Shown here: positions 28,005 to 36,534 of the stretch, piece by piece | How the letters are laid out: the number at the start of each line of letters is the position of its first letter | Numbering within the stretch: position 1 is the stretch's first letter | NCBI GenBank assembly: GCA_963718875.1 | Contig: OY970378.1 | Coordinates: 820,433 to 870,264, forward strand | Origin: Candidatus Parcubacteria bacterium | Lineage (GTDB): Bacteria > Patescibacteriota > Saccharimonadia > UBA4664 > JBIOIQ01 | Length of the DNA: 49,832 nt | Direction: 5' to 3' | Made by a program: the position numbers and the translations under genes | The notes under the pieces: model-generated | Told to the model about the DNA's origin: nothing | Seen by the model: the letters and a program-made list of their open reading frames with translations, nothing else | Database searches by the model: none

Positions 28005-28958
28005 CTAGGTTGTGCGGCGCAAATCAATAACATTTGTTGTGGGCACCTTTGGAAACGAATACAACTCCGCTTGTAGACCTCGTAAATCCACTAAAGTGTA
28101 GTTTGAAGTTCGAGATGCTGAGGCTACTGGCTCTTGCCAGGTTTGTTTATTATTGAGGGATGCAGGAATATCCGACCATGCTTTTTGCTCTATCTTTGAC
28201 TCCGTAATTCTTAGCCGTTTCTGGCTTTTCCTGTTTACAAGCCAGACTAAAAGAATCGAAATTTGATATAACGCGATGATTGGTCCAGCCATAATAGTTT
28301 GGTTTAATGGATCTGGAGTGGGTGTAATCACCGCTGCTGCGACAAAGCTTATAACAATAACAAACCGTTGTTGCTTCATAAGCCCACCGGGCTTGAGAGG
28401 TTTAATGCGGTTGATGAACAAAATGATTATCGGTAATTGAAACAATACTGCAAATCCTGCCAAGTACACCATGACAAAAGAAAAATATTCATTAGTAGAA
28501 ATTAACGACTTGACTTGGTCAGAGCCAAAGCTATTTAAAAAATGAAGGGCGGCTGGCAGGCTAATAAAATAGGCAAACCCAACTCCAAAAACAGCCAAAA
28601 CACAAGAACTAGCTAAAAACTTAACCAACAGCCAACGATTATGACTAGGAAGTGTTGGTTCTAGAAACTTCAGTATGTTATATGTAAAAACCGGCACTGA
28701 AACGATAACACCAAAAAAAATACAAATTTTTAATAAAAAATCAAAACCACCGGTCGGTGAAGTATAAAAGAGTGGTTGGTTCAGAGGTTTAATTAGAATA
28801 TTAAAAATTTTTTCATTCAAAAAATATCCTATGCCAGCTCCAGCACAAAGGCAAACAACCGACCAGAATAATCTGCGTCGAAGTTCCTGTATGTGCCTTA
28901 TTATGGGCTGGCGGACAGCCTTATCGCCATGCCCCCGACGGTTCATGGCCCCGGTCAC
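28005..28958 (-). CDS. tatC: Twin-arginine translocase subunit TatC (with a ~70-aa C-terminal extension)
   Basis: 317 aa. N-terminal IIRHIQELRRRL motif, 6 TM helices, positioned 3 nt after tatA. Confidence 0.9.
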   Translation of the reverse strand: MTGAMNRRGHGDKAVRQPIIRHIQELRRRLFWSVVCLCAGAGIGYFLNEKIFNILIKPLNQPLFYTSPTGGFDFLLKICIFFGVIVSVPVFTYNILKFLEPTLPSHNRWLLVKFLASSCVLAVFGVGFAYFISLPAALHFLNSFGSDQVKSLISTNEYFSFVMVYLAGFAVLFQLPIIILFINRIKPLKPGGLMKQQRFVIVISFVAAAVITPTPDPLNQTIMAGPIIALYQISILLVWLVNRKSQKRLRITESKIEQKAWSDIPASLNNKQTWQEPVASASRTSNYTLVDLRGLQAELYSFPKVPTTNVIDLRRTT

Positions 28959-28961
28959 GAA

Positions 28962-29153
28962 CTAGACCTTTGTTCTTGCCTGATCGGCTTTGGAAGTTTT
29001 TTCTGATTTTTTGACATCGTCTGTAAACCCACGACGCAACTCCTTAACGCCATCGGCGATACTTTTGCTAAGCTCTGGTAATTTCTTCCCTCCAAAAAGC
29101 AGAAGTACAATCACCAATATTACGATTAACTCATTAAAACCGAGTCCAAACAT
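28962..29153 (-). CDS. tatA: Twin-arginine translocase subunit TatA/E
   Basis: 63 aa: MFGLGFNELIVILVIVLLLFGGKKLPEL followed by an amphipathic helix. Confidence 0.9.
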   Translation of the reverse strand: MFGLGFNELIVILVIVLLLFGGKKLPELSKSIADGVKELRRGFTDDVKKSEKTSKADQARTKV

Positions 29154-29198
29154 CTTTTCCCCTCACATACTTATTGGTTTCATGTTAACATAAGAATA

Positions 29199-29471
29199 AT
29201 GATAAGCACAAGGGGTATGATGTCTGTATTAAAACGTGTCATTTTGTTGTCTACAATCCTCTCGGCTAACTTGCCTGCTCAAGTATTGGCTCAATCCTAT
29301 GGGCAAGGGGCCTATGACGCTGCCACATATGCAGGAAAAACTCTAAATATCGGCCCGATAGGTCCTATCCCGATTACAGGGACGACTATCTGGGGGACAA
29401 TGGGGGCAGTAGTTTTATCAGCTGCAGTAGGGTTAATTGTTTGGGCTCGCCAACGTCGATCTCTTAACTAG
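29199..29471 (+). CDS. Small secreted protein with a sortase-type C-terminal sorting signal (IPITG + TM + RQRR)
   Basis: 90-aa ORF. A likelier start is ATG 29217/29220, after AAGGGG. It has a signal peptide ending AQVLA, then IPITG-TTIWGTMGAVVLSAAVGLIVWA-RQRRSLN. Confidence 0.55.
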   Translation: MISTRGMMSVLKRVILLSTILSANLPAQVLAQSYGQGAYDAATYAGKTLNIGPIGPIPITGTTIWGTMGAVVLSAAVGLIVWARQRRSLN

Positions 29472-29519
29472 ACCCTTCAGCAGGGCAACGTACTTTAATC
29501 ACTATAAGTTTTTTACGCA

Positions 29520-30494
29520 TTACGCCAAAGCCCCGGAAGCTTCAAGTTTATGCTTTTCGCGCCGTTCGCCAAACCAAAAGCTGGTTACAATTGCGACAAG
29601 GATCACTAGTAGAGGCCAAATAATTAAAAGCGAGTTTGAGCTTTTAGACGACCCTCCCCCTGAGGTTGTGCCTGTGCCCGAACCTAAGCTTTCCGCCTTG
29701 CCGTTTACGATTACTAGAATTGTTAAAAAGGCGAAGCGCCCTTTGGCGTCGGTGGCTTTTATGGTTACCTGGTAGGTTCCGCCACGAGCAAAGGTATGGG
29801 TAAGGTTAACGACGCTGTTATCTGGACGTGAGAGTAAATCAGATTTGTTATCTCCCCAGCTTACATTGAGGGCAAAGGGGGGTGTGCCAGAAATTATCTC
29901 TATCGGGACTTTTACTTCCTGTCCCGGAAATGCTCCCCGATAAACGGGACTTGAACGCAGCAAAAGCTGAATTTCGTTAAGGTTGCTTGAATTAAGCGGA
30001 GCAGCCTGAGTTGGCAGGGCGTCATAAAATACCGTCACAGTATTGGAGTCAGGCCCCGCCTGATCTAAGGCATCATAGACTCTAGCAACTAGATCATTTG
30101 ATCCATAAAGTAGGTCGATATCAACACTAAATGTTTTGTCACTTTTACATGGAGTAGCTCCTGCAAAGATATTATTTTTGAACAATTCTACTATGGTGTC
30201 CAGTGGACATGTGCCGCTTACTGCAATTGGCGTAGCACTAAAACGCTGCCCAGCGGTAGGACGAATTATGACGGCTGCTACAGTGGGTGGTTTTTCGGGA
30301 ACACGCCCCGATAGTCCAATAGACCCTTGATCGGGACCGGTATAGGGGGTGTCGGCCATGACCGATTGAGTTACCATGCCTAAAACCAATGTGCAAACCA
30401 TGATAAGAAAAGCCAGCCCAGCATAAGATGTGTGTTTATGGGGCAAAAGCCGACCGGTGTGTGAATGTGGGCTTAGTTTTGGTTTTGCGGGCAT
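29520..30494 (-). CDS. Surface protein with Ig-like and PKD domains and a C-terminal TM anchor
   Basis: 324 aa. N-terminal HTGRLLPHKHTSY + TM. PKD-like WGDNKSD...THTFARGGTYQVTIKATD. C-terminal TM + ERREKHK. Confidence 0.75.
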   Translation of the reverse strand: MPAKPKLSPHSHTGRLLPHKHTSYAGLAFLIMVCTLVLGMVTQSVMADTPYTGPDQGSIGLSGRVPEKPPTVAAVIIRPTAGQRFSATPIAVSGTCPLDTIVELFKNNIFAGATPCKSDKTFSVDIDLLYGSNDLVARVYDALDQAGPDSNTVTVFYDALPTQAAPLNSSNLNEIQLLLRSSPVYRGAFPGQEVKVPIEIISGTPPFALNVSWGDNKSDLLSRPDNSVVNLTHTFARGGTYQVTIKATDAKGRFAFLTILVIVNGKAESLGSGTGTTSGGGSSKSSNSLLIIWPLLVILVAIVTSFWFGERREKHKLEASGALA

Positions 30495-30585
30495 AACGCT
30501 ATTATTATACCACTTATGGTTAAAGCGCCTTCCTTCGTCATAAAATCATAACCCTTTCGAAAATCGTTAATAAGCCTGTCCGCCT

Positions 30586-31794
30586 ATGGCGGAAGCCCAC
30601 CAAGCAATTACTGAGGCTTTACGAAGCCTCTTTTGGTGTCGAACACAGCCGCATAGTATGATATTAGCAAACTATTTAATTAACAGGTATAAAATGGCTA
30701 GTCGGTTAAGTAATTTGAGAAGCCATATTCCCAACTTAAATTCCCGCTATTTGATGAAAGCCGTTTTGTTGGTGCTTATCTATGTAATCTCAGCCAAATT
30801 GGGCTTATCACTAGCCTTTACTACCAAACAAATAACGGCAGTCTGGCCTCCCACCGGTATCGCCATTGCCGCCTTATTTTTGCTTGGTTTTAAATATTGG
30901 CCTAGTATCCTAGCGGGAGCCTTTGTTGCTAATATCTTGACTCACGAACCAGTGGCAGTTGCATTAGGTATTGGCATTGGTAACACGCTCGAAGCCCTAA
31001 CCGGCGCCTACCTATTACGCCGGACCAAGATAAGCCAAAAACTATCCGGTTTGCAAAACGTATTGGTCTTTATTGTAGTTGCAGCCCTCATTAGTCCCCT
31101 CGTAGGTGCCACCATTGGCACCCTAAGTTTAGCCTTGGGCAAACTTGTAACCTGGTCGACTTTTACGGCAAATTGGGCTGTTTGGTGGGTTGGTGATGCC
31201 ATGGGAGCTCTAATTTTTGCTCCACTCATACTGGTCTACAGCGGCATCCACCAAATCCATTTTTCATTCAAGCAATTAAGACAATTTGGCTTGCTACTGA
31301 CCCTAATTCTGGCCACAAGCGTATTAGTTTTTTCTCAGTCGCAACGCAGCGGTTTAACTGAAGCTCCTTATATCATCTTTCCGTTACTCATCTGGGTAGC
31401 CCTAAAGTTTGAGCAAATCGGGGTGGTCACGGCCACATTGCTTATATCCATGTCGGCGGTTTGGGGAACCGTTAATAAATTGGGGCCTTTTTCGATAGGG
31501 CAATCGACTGATCAAAACTTAATTTTCTTGCATCTCTTTATTTTTACGGTTTATACAACATCTCTCATTTTAGCGGCTACCGAGTCAGAGCGCAGGAGCG
31601 CTGAACAAACCTTAAAGGCAAGGACTATCGAATTAGAACAAAGCCAAGCCATCGTGCTCGAAGAAGTAGAACAAAGAAAAGGCCTAGAGGTCCGATTAAA
31701 AGAAGCCAATAGCCGAATGACAAACATCCTATCTGGTATCCTCAATGATAAGGCCGACACAGCCCCTATAAGCTCTGATTCTGATCGGCTCTAG
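30586..31794 (+). CDS. MASE1-domain membrane sensor with only a short coiled-coil tail (no output domain)
   Basis: 402-aa ORF. ITAVWPPTGIAIAALFLLGFKYWPSILAGAFVANI is typical MASE1. It has about 8 TM helices, then an ~80-aa coiled coil. The start codon is uncertain. Confidence 0.75.
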   Translation: MAEAHQAITEALRSLFWCRTQPHSMILANYLINRYKMASRLSNLRSHIPNLNSRYLMKAVLLVLIYVISAKLGLSLAFTTKQITAVWPPTGIAIAALFLLGFKYWPSILAGAFVANILTHEPVAVALGIGIGNTLEALTGAYLLRRTKISQKLSGLQNVLVFIVVAALISPLVGATIGTLSLALGKLVTWSTFTANWAVWWVGDAMGALIFAPLILVYSGIHQIHFSFKQLRQFGLLLTLILATSVLVFSQSQRSGLTEAPYIIFPLLIWVALKFEQIGVVTATLLISMSAVWGTVNKLGPFSIGQSTDQNLIFLHLFIFTVYTTSLILAATESERRSAEQTLKARTIELEQSQAIVLEEVEQRKGLEVRLKEANSRMTNILSGILNDKADTAPISSDSDRL

Positions 31795-31967
31795 CGAGTT
31801 CGAAAATCGTAGCTTTCAGTCTCAGACGCGAATGAGCAGGCAGGCTCCCGTCAAGAAAAAATACTGAGCCACTCTCACTTTGTCTCCAAGACCTCCAAAA
31901 TTGTCACCCTGAACTTGCCGGCCCTGAGCTTGTCGAATTGGTTTCAGGGCCTCTTAATCTAGATGAG

Positions 31968-31990
31968 GATGACAGGCGTGGCCTGTCATC
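31968..31990. other. GC-rich 9-10-bp hairpin in the convergent intergenic region
   Basis: GATGACAGG-CGTGG-CCTGTCATC. No adjacent T-run on either strand, so it is not a canonical intrinsic terminator. Confidence 0.4.
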
Positions 31991-32029
31991 CGCCTGCCGG
32001 TAGACAGGGCAGACAGGCTCCCGCCAAAG

Positions 32030-33052
32030 TTAACGCTTGCGACGGGCTTTGGCAATAATGCGCCGGTTGTAGCCACGGATCATAGTGCGTAGGCCGAAGA
32101 AGAGCAGTATCAGGGCAAACAAGACGAGTAGTATCAATTTGTACGGAATTACCCAAAACCCAATACTTGCAGTTAGTGGTGTATTGGCATCACCGTATAC
32201 CAGATCAAGCCGTGCACGATAATGACCGAACAGCCACTTCTTGGTCCACTCACCTTCAAACCGTCGTATACTGCCAGGTAGTACGTTACGGGCTTTTGCG
32301 TTGGCGTCTAGAGTGGCAACTTTTTTGCCAAATGTATCAAAAATCTGGACTTTTCCAGTCGGCTTAACATGCACGGTGCCTGTATTTTGAAGCCTTTCAG
32401 TAAAGGTTAACGGCCCGGTTTCAAAAAAAGTACCCCGTTTTTCGCCTTGACGAATAAAGAATTCAGCTACGGCTAGTTTTTGCGTTTGTGGACCTGAAAC
32501 ATTCAACAAAATTAATGCACCGATACTAGCTTTTAGCGCCACACCGGTGCCTTCAAGTTCTGGCGGTGTACCAGTAAAGCGGACTACTCCATAATGCCCC
32601 CCTGGTTCAGCGTTTTTTGGTACGACAATGCGTATGGAGGCTGTCTTAATTTCGCGCGGGACGAGTTGGAATGATGGAACGCTGGGAATCCAAAATTTTA
32701 ACGAATACCTGGTGGCTTCAGTTTGGTCCAGCAAAATTTTTGGATTGCCGTTTTCTTCTTCGTCAGCCGTAAAATCATCGGCTTGACCATTAACAACCAA
32801 GGTGGCAGGGGTAATGTTGCGAATTTTAATATTAGCTATGACGGTCTGTCCAGGATCAGCCTTGAGCTCTATTACGGGCGGGGATATTTCTAGCCCTTGG
32901 CCAAAGTCTTGAGTAGGTGGGTTTGTTGCGGGTGGAGTTGCTGCATTAAGCGGAAGCACCCACGAAGTTGCAAGTATTAATCCAAAAACAAGTTGAAGCT
33001 TACGATGCACATGTATCCTGTAATTACTATTAGAAGGTGGCCGTACAAACAT
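32030..33052 (-). CDS. Secreted two-domain protein with a C-terminal TM anchor and basic tail (DUF916/DUF3324-like, CscA-like architecture)
   Basis: 340 aa. Signal peptide, LEISPPVIELKADPGQTVIANIKIRN... and ...VPKNAEPGGHYGVVRF Ig-like segments. C-terminal LILLVLFALILLFFGL + RRIIAKARRKR. Confidence 0.7.
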   Translation of the reverse strand: MFVRPPSNSNYRIHVHRKLQLVFGLILATSWVLPLNAATPPATNPPTQDFGQGLEISPPVIELKADPGQTVIANIKIRNITPATLVVNGQADDFTADEEENGNPKILLDQTEATRYSLKFWIPSVPSFQLVPREIKTASIRIVVPKNAEPGGHYGVVRFTGTPPELEGTGVALKASIGALILLNVSGPQTQKLAVAEFFIRQGEKRGTFFETGPLTFTERLQNTGTVHVKPTGKVQIFDTFGKKVATLDANAKARNVLPGSIRRFEGEWTKKWLFGHYRARLDLVYGDANTPLTASIGFWVIPYKLILLVLFALILLFFGLRTMIRGYNRRIIAKARRKR

Positions 33053-34145
33053 AAGTGAGAGTGGTGGTATAGGTACCAGCGGGTTGACTACCCGCTACGT
33101 TCACTATGTATGAAGCGGTGTAAATTTGAGCGTCGGTGGGTCCAGCGCCACCATTACTAGAATCGGCCACGGTGTTGCCGCTGACGAACTTAAACGTGTC
33201 TACGGCATTATACCCCGTTAGAGGGTTAGCTTTAAAGTTTGTTCCATTGGAGGCCGCTGCAACATCGGCGCCAAAGGCCGGAACAGCGGCGGAGGTAGTG
33301 TTGGCTCTTAAGTTTAAGCCGAACTGACCAGTTCCTTTAACGCTGGTGGATCCACTACCGGCAGATATTCCAGCAATTGTGTTTGCACCAGAGCTCATAG
33401 TAGCACCACTAACGGTAATGGCATAGCCAAACCCAGCATTAGTAGAAGCGGCCATTTGGGAGGTGGTGGTAGAGGTAGTTGCAGGCGAAAATTCTTGGTT
33501 AAAGGTTACTGATCCACTGGTAGCTGTGCTGCAGTCGGGCACTCCGCCGGTAGTAGAGATGGTGCCGCCGGTGCAAAATATGAGTGACTCGGGCATAGTT
33601 CCGGTCAAAGTGATTTGTTGCGCTGTCGACGCCGCAACTGTTCCAAAGTCAGTTACGCCGCCGGTAGTGTCGATGGAGGCATAAGTATTCATACGGACAA
33701 AAAACGTCCCAGGTGCGCCCGTGGGGTTGGTAACAGTGTCCAAGCGGATCGTCACAGCTGTACCAGCCGTAACAGCTGCAGCAGTACGAGTAATATAAGG
33801 TGCGCCGTTAGTAGTATTAACAATTGTAAAGCCGGTGGCACCGGTTTGAGCACCAAGTGTTGCCGAAGTGGATACAAGTCCAGTAGGCATAGTACAGGTG
33901 CCGGAAGCCGTAGTACAATATTCAAATTTAATTGAACCAACGTTGGTATTGCCTACCGATGGCAAGGTGAAACTGAATAAATGGTTTACAACGCCGCCGG
34001 GCTTAGAGCCGCCATCGGTCACACCATTTACCAGCGTTAGGCTGCGGCTGGTGATTTGAGCAGCTGAGACAGGTACAGGTAGCAAGGTAACTGCTAGTAC
34101 TGCAATTAGAAGCCATGTTAACCTTTGCCGAAGATTTAAACTCAT
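33030..34145 (-). CDS. Secreted Thr/Gly/Ala-rich beta protein, paralogue A (WxL-like C-terminus)
   Basis: Start placed at ATG 34145 (MSLNLRQRLTWLLIAVLAVTLLPVPVSA), giving 371 aa; the ORF track extends to 34277. About 85% identical by eye to the next gene. Ends AGTYTTTLTYVCTATF. Confidence 0.75.
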   Translation of the reverse strand: MSLNLRQRLTWLLIAVLAVTLLPVPVSAAQITSRSLTLVNGVTDGGSKPGGVVNHLFSFTLPSVGNTNVGSIKFEYCTTASGTCTMPTGLVSTSATLGAQTGATGFTIVNTTNGAPYITRTAAAVTAGTAVTIRLDTVTNPTGAPGTFFVRMNTYASIDTTGGVTDFGTVAASTAQQITLTGTMPESLIFCTGGTISTTGGVPDCSTATSGSVTFNQEFSPATTSTTTSQMAASTNAGFGYAITVSGATMSSGANTIAGISAGSGSTSVKGTGQFGLNLRANTTSAAVPAFGADVAAASNGTNFKANPLTGYNAVDTFKFVSGNTVADSSNGGAGPTDAQIYTASYIVNVAGSQPAGTYTTTLTYVCTATF

Positions 34146-34467
34146 ATATTTCCACTCACAAATAATACTTATATATAAGTTAGCATAAGCATCATGCGCT
34201 TGTAAATGGTTTTTTTTAATGGAAAATAGAATTGTGCAGTTTATTAGACCTCTTTCCAAACCCTCCCGTTTTTGCAAACTCGTTTATTGGGCAATCTATC
34301 GGCTTTTTACTTTTCAAGGTAGTACTATGGCTATCTCTCGTCGTAAGAAAGCCACTATATTGCAACTAAAACGAGTTTTCGGATTTTTTGAGGGGGTTTG
34401 GAAAGAGGTCTAATGGCTTTATTACGCTGGAACAAGTATGTTCTTAAGCTCAATTTAAAGTTACAGT

Positions 34468-35613
34468 CTAGAAGGTGGCAGTGCAAACGTAGGTAAGAGT
34501 GGTGGTGTAGGTACCGGCGGGCTGACTACCAGGTACATTCACTATGTATGAAGCGGTGTAAATTTGGGCGTCGGTTGGGCCCACGCCACCGTTGCTGGAG
34601 TCGGCCACGGTGTTGCCACTGGTAAACTTAAATGTATCAACAGTATTGTAGCCTGCTAGTGGGTTAGCTTTGAAGTTGGTTCCATTGGACGCAGCAGCAA
34701 CATCGGTACCAAATGCTGGTACAGCAGTAGCGGTTGTGTTGGCCCTTAGGTTCATACCAAACTGGCTAGAGTTTTTTACGCCTACACCGGCCGTACTCAT
34801 AGCGGTAATTGTGTTTGCGCCAGACGTCATAGTGGTACCGCTAACGGTAATGGAATAGCCAAAGCCAGCATTAGTAGAGGCAGCCATCTGTGAAGTGGCG
34901 GTGGCGGTAGTGGTTGGGGAAAATTCTTGGTTAAAGGTTACGGATCCACTAGTGGCAGTTGTACAATCCGGCACACCACCAGTCGTCGAGACAGTGCCCC
35001 CAGTACAGAATACTAGGGACTCGGGCATAGTTCCGGTCAAGACAATTTGGGTGGCGGTTGATGCAGCCACCGTACCTGAGTCGGTAACACCACCAGTGGT
35101 GTCGGTTGAGGCATAAGTGGTAATGCGGACAAAAAAAGTGCCGACGGTGGTGGGGTTGGTAACGGCGTCAAGGCGAATTGTTACTGCAGTGCCGGCTGTT
35201 ACAGCTGCTGCCGTACGTGTTACATGAGGCGAGCCGTTGGTAGTATTATCGATAGTAAATCCAGTAGCACCAGTTTGAGCTCCTAGCGTGGCAGCGGTTG
35301 TAGTCAACCCTGTTGGGGTTGTGCATGTATTTGTAGCGGTGGTGCAGTACTCGAATTTGATTGAGCCAACATTTGTGTTTCCTACTGAAGGTAAGGTAAA
35401 GGCAAATAAGTGATTTACTGACCCACCCGGCTTGGAGCCCCCGTCTGTTACTCCATCGACAAGCGTTAGACTGCGGCTAGTTATTTGAGCTGCAGAAACA
35501 TTTACAACTGGAAGTAGTAATGTCAGCGTTAATACGGTCGCGGCTATTCTAGCAACGTTAATTTTTATTTTTTCCAAATACCCCTCCAAATTGTTTGTGT
35601 TTTTTATTTTCAT
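34468..35613 (-). CDS. Secreted Thr/Gly/Ala-rich beta protein, paralogue B
   Basis: 381 aa with a signal peptide ending NVSA. It shares six conserved Cys and an identical C-terminus with paralogue A. Confidence 0.75.
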   Translation of the reverse strand: MKIKNTNNLEGYLEKIKINVARIAATVLTLTLLLPVVNVSAAQITSRSLTLVDGVTDGGSKPGGSVNHLFAFTLPSVGNTNVGSIKFEYCTTATNTCTTPTGLTTTAATLGAQTGATGFTIDNTTNGSPHVTRTAAAVTAGTAVTIRLDAVTNPTTVGTFFVRITTYASTDTTGGVTDSGTVAASTATQIVLTGTMPESLVFCTGGTVSTTGGVPDCTTATSGSVTFNQEFSPTTTATATSQMAASTNAGFGYSITVSGTTMTSGANTITAMSTAGVGVKNSSQFGMNLRANTTATAVPAFGTDVAAASNGTNFKANPLAGYNTVDTFKFTSGNTVADSSNGGVGPTDAQIYTASYIVNVPGSQPAGTYTTTLTYVCTATF

Positions 35614-35686
35614 AGCTTTTAACTAAGATCTGTTTAAGACATTACCATAAGCGCTTTCATAGTGTCAACGCTTTTTTTCAACGTTT

Positions 35687-36406
35687 CTAATAGGTACCTG
35701 TACATATGAGGGTGTGGGAGGTTGAATATTGGCCGCCTGGAGTGGTAGTAGTGGCGTTTAACAGGTAGGAGATGGTAAAAATGGTTTGTCCTGAACTTTT
35801 AGGCGCCGAGGCAATTGTACTGTTGTTGGCGTACTTGTAATTATTGGCGGTATTGTACCCTGAGGCTGCTACTCCGTACCCAAACACAGGAGTTCCGTTA
35901 TTGGGGTTTGCGCCCACGCTAACTGGCGAAGTATTGGCCACCAAGTTAATGCCGTACTGTTCCGTCCCCGCTTGAGATGGGGTTGGCGAACTAAGGGCTG
36001 GGATAACGTGACTGCCATTGCTAGGCGGAGAGCCAATAATTTGCACAACGTAACCAAAGCTAGTGTAGTTGATGACGCTAAAAGTCGAAGTAGCGGTGGC
36101 GGCAGCGGTGGCGGATAAGTCGTTAAATACTGTTTGCGCCGAGGGTACTATAAAAGTCAGAGCCGGATCATTGGTGGTAGTGTAACCAGAGTTGGTTTGA
36201 AAATTAGCGGAGCTGGATTCACCTATACCAAGATCGCCAATTGATTCAGCAGCGCTAAAGCTGGGTGAAGACTCTGTTATTAACCCTCCCCCACCAATAA
36301 AACTTTCGTCCACTTGAAAATTGTTTGACTTGAGAGTTTCGGCATGGACGCTGGGTATTACAAGCGCAACTGCTAAAAAGCAGATTAAAAACCACCATTT
36401 TGACAT
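35687..36406 (-). CDS. Smaller secreted protein of the same cluster (related C-terminal motif ...TLICTGTY)
   Basis: 239 aa with signal peptide ...SVHA. Repeated S-x-N-F-Q motifs. The C-terminus GGQYSTSHTLICTGTY parallels AGTYTTTLTYVCTATF. Confidence 0.7.
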   Translation of the reverse strand: MSKWWFLICFLAVALVIPSVHAETLKSNNFQVDESFIGGGGLITESSPSFSAAESIGDLGIGESSSANFQTNSGYTTTNDPALTFIVPSAQTVFNDLSATAAATATSTFSVINYTSFGYVVQIIGSPPSNGSHVIPALSSPTPSQAGTEQYGINLVANTSPVSVGANPNNGTPVFGYGVAASGYNTANNYKYANNSTIASAPKSSGQTIFTISYLLNATTTTPGGQYSTSHTLICTGTY

Positions 36407-36534
36407 AGTTGTATTGTGGGCGAAATTGGAGTTATTTGCAAACTGCTTACGGTAGAATAGCGAAATGGGTTTCCTTGTTTCTTCTAAGCTTAAGCGTTAT
36501 AATACAGTCGTCACTAGAGGTGTTTTAATTTCTT

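Noticed and set aside
34219-34413. 64-aa plus-strand ORF between the two paralogous secreted-protein genes
   Set aside because: It lies in the promoter/leader spacer of a minus-strand gene cluster, with no motif, no convincing ribosome-binding site and an odd composition. Probably non-coding.
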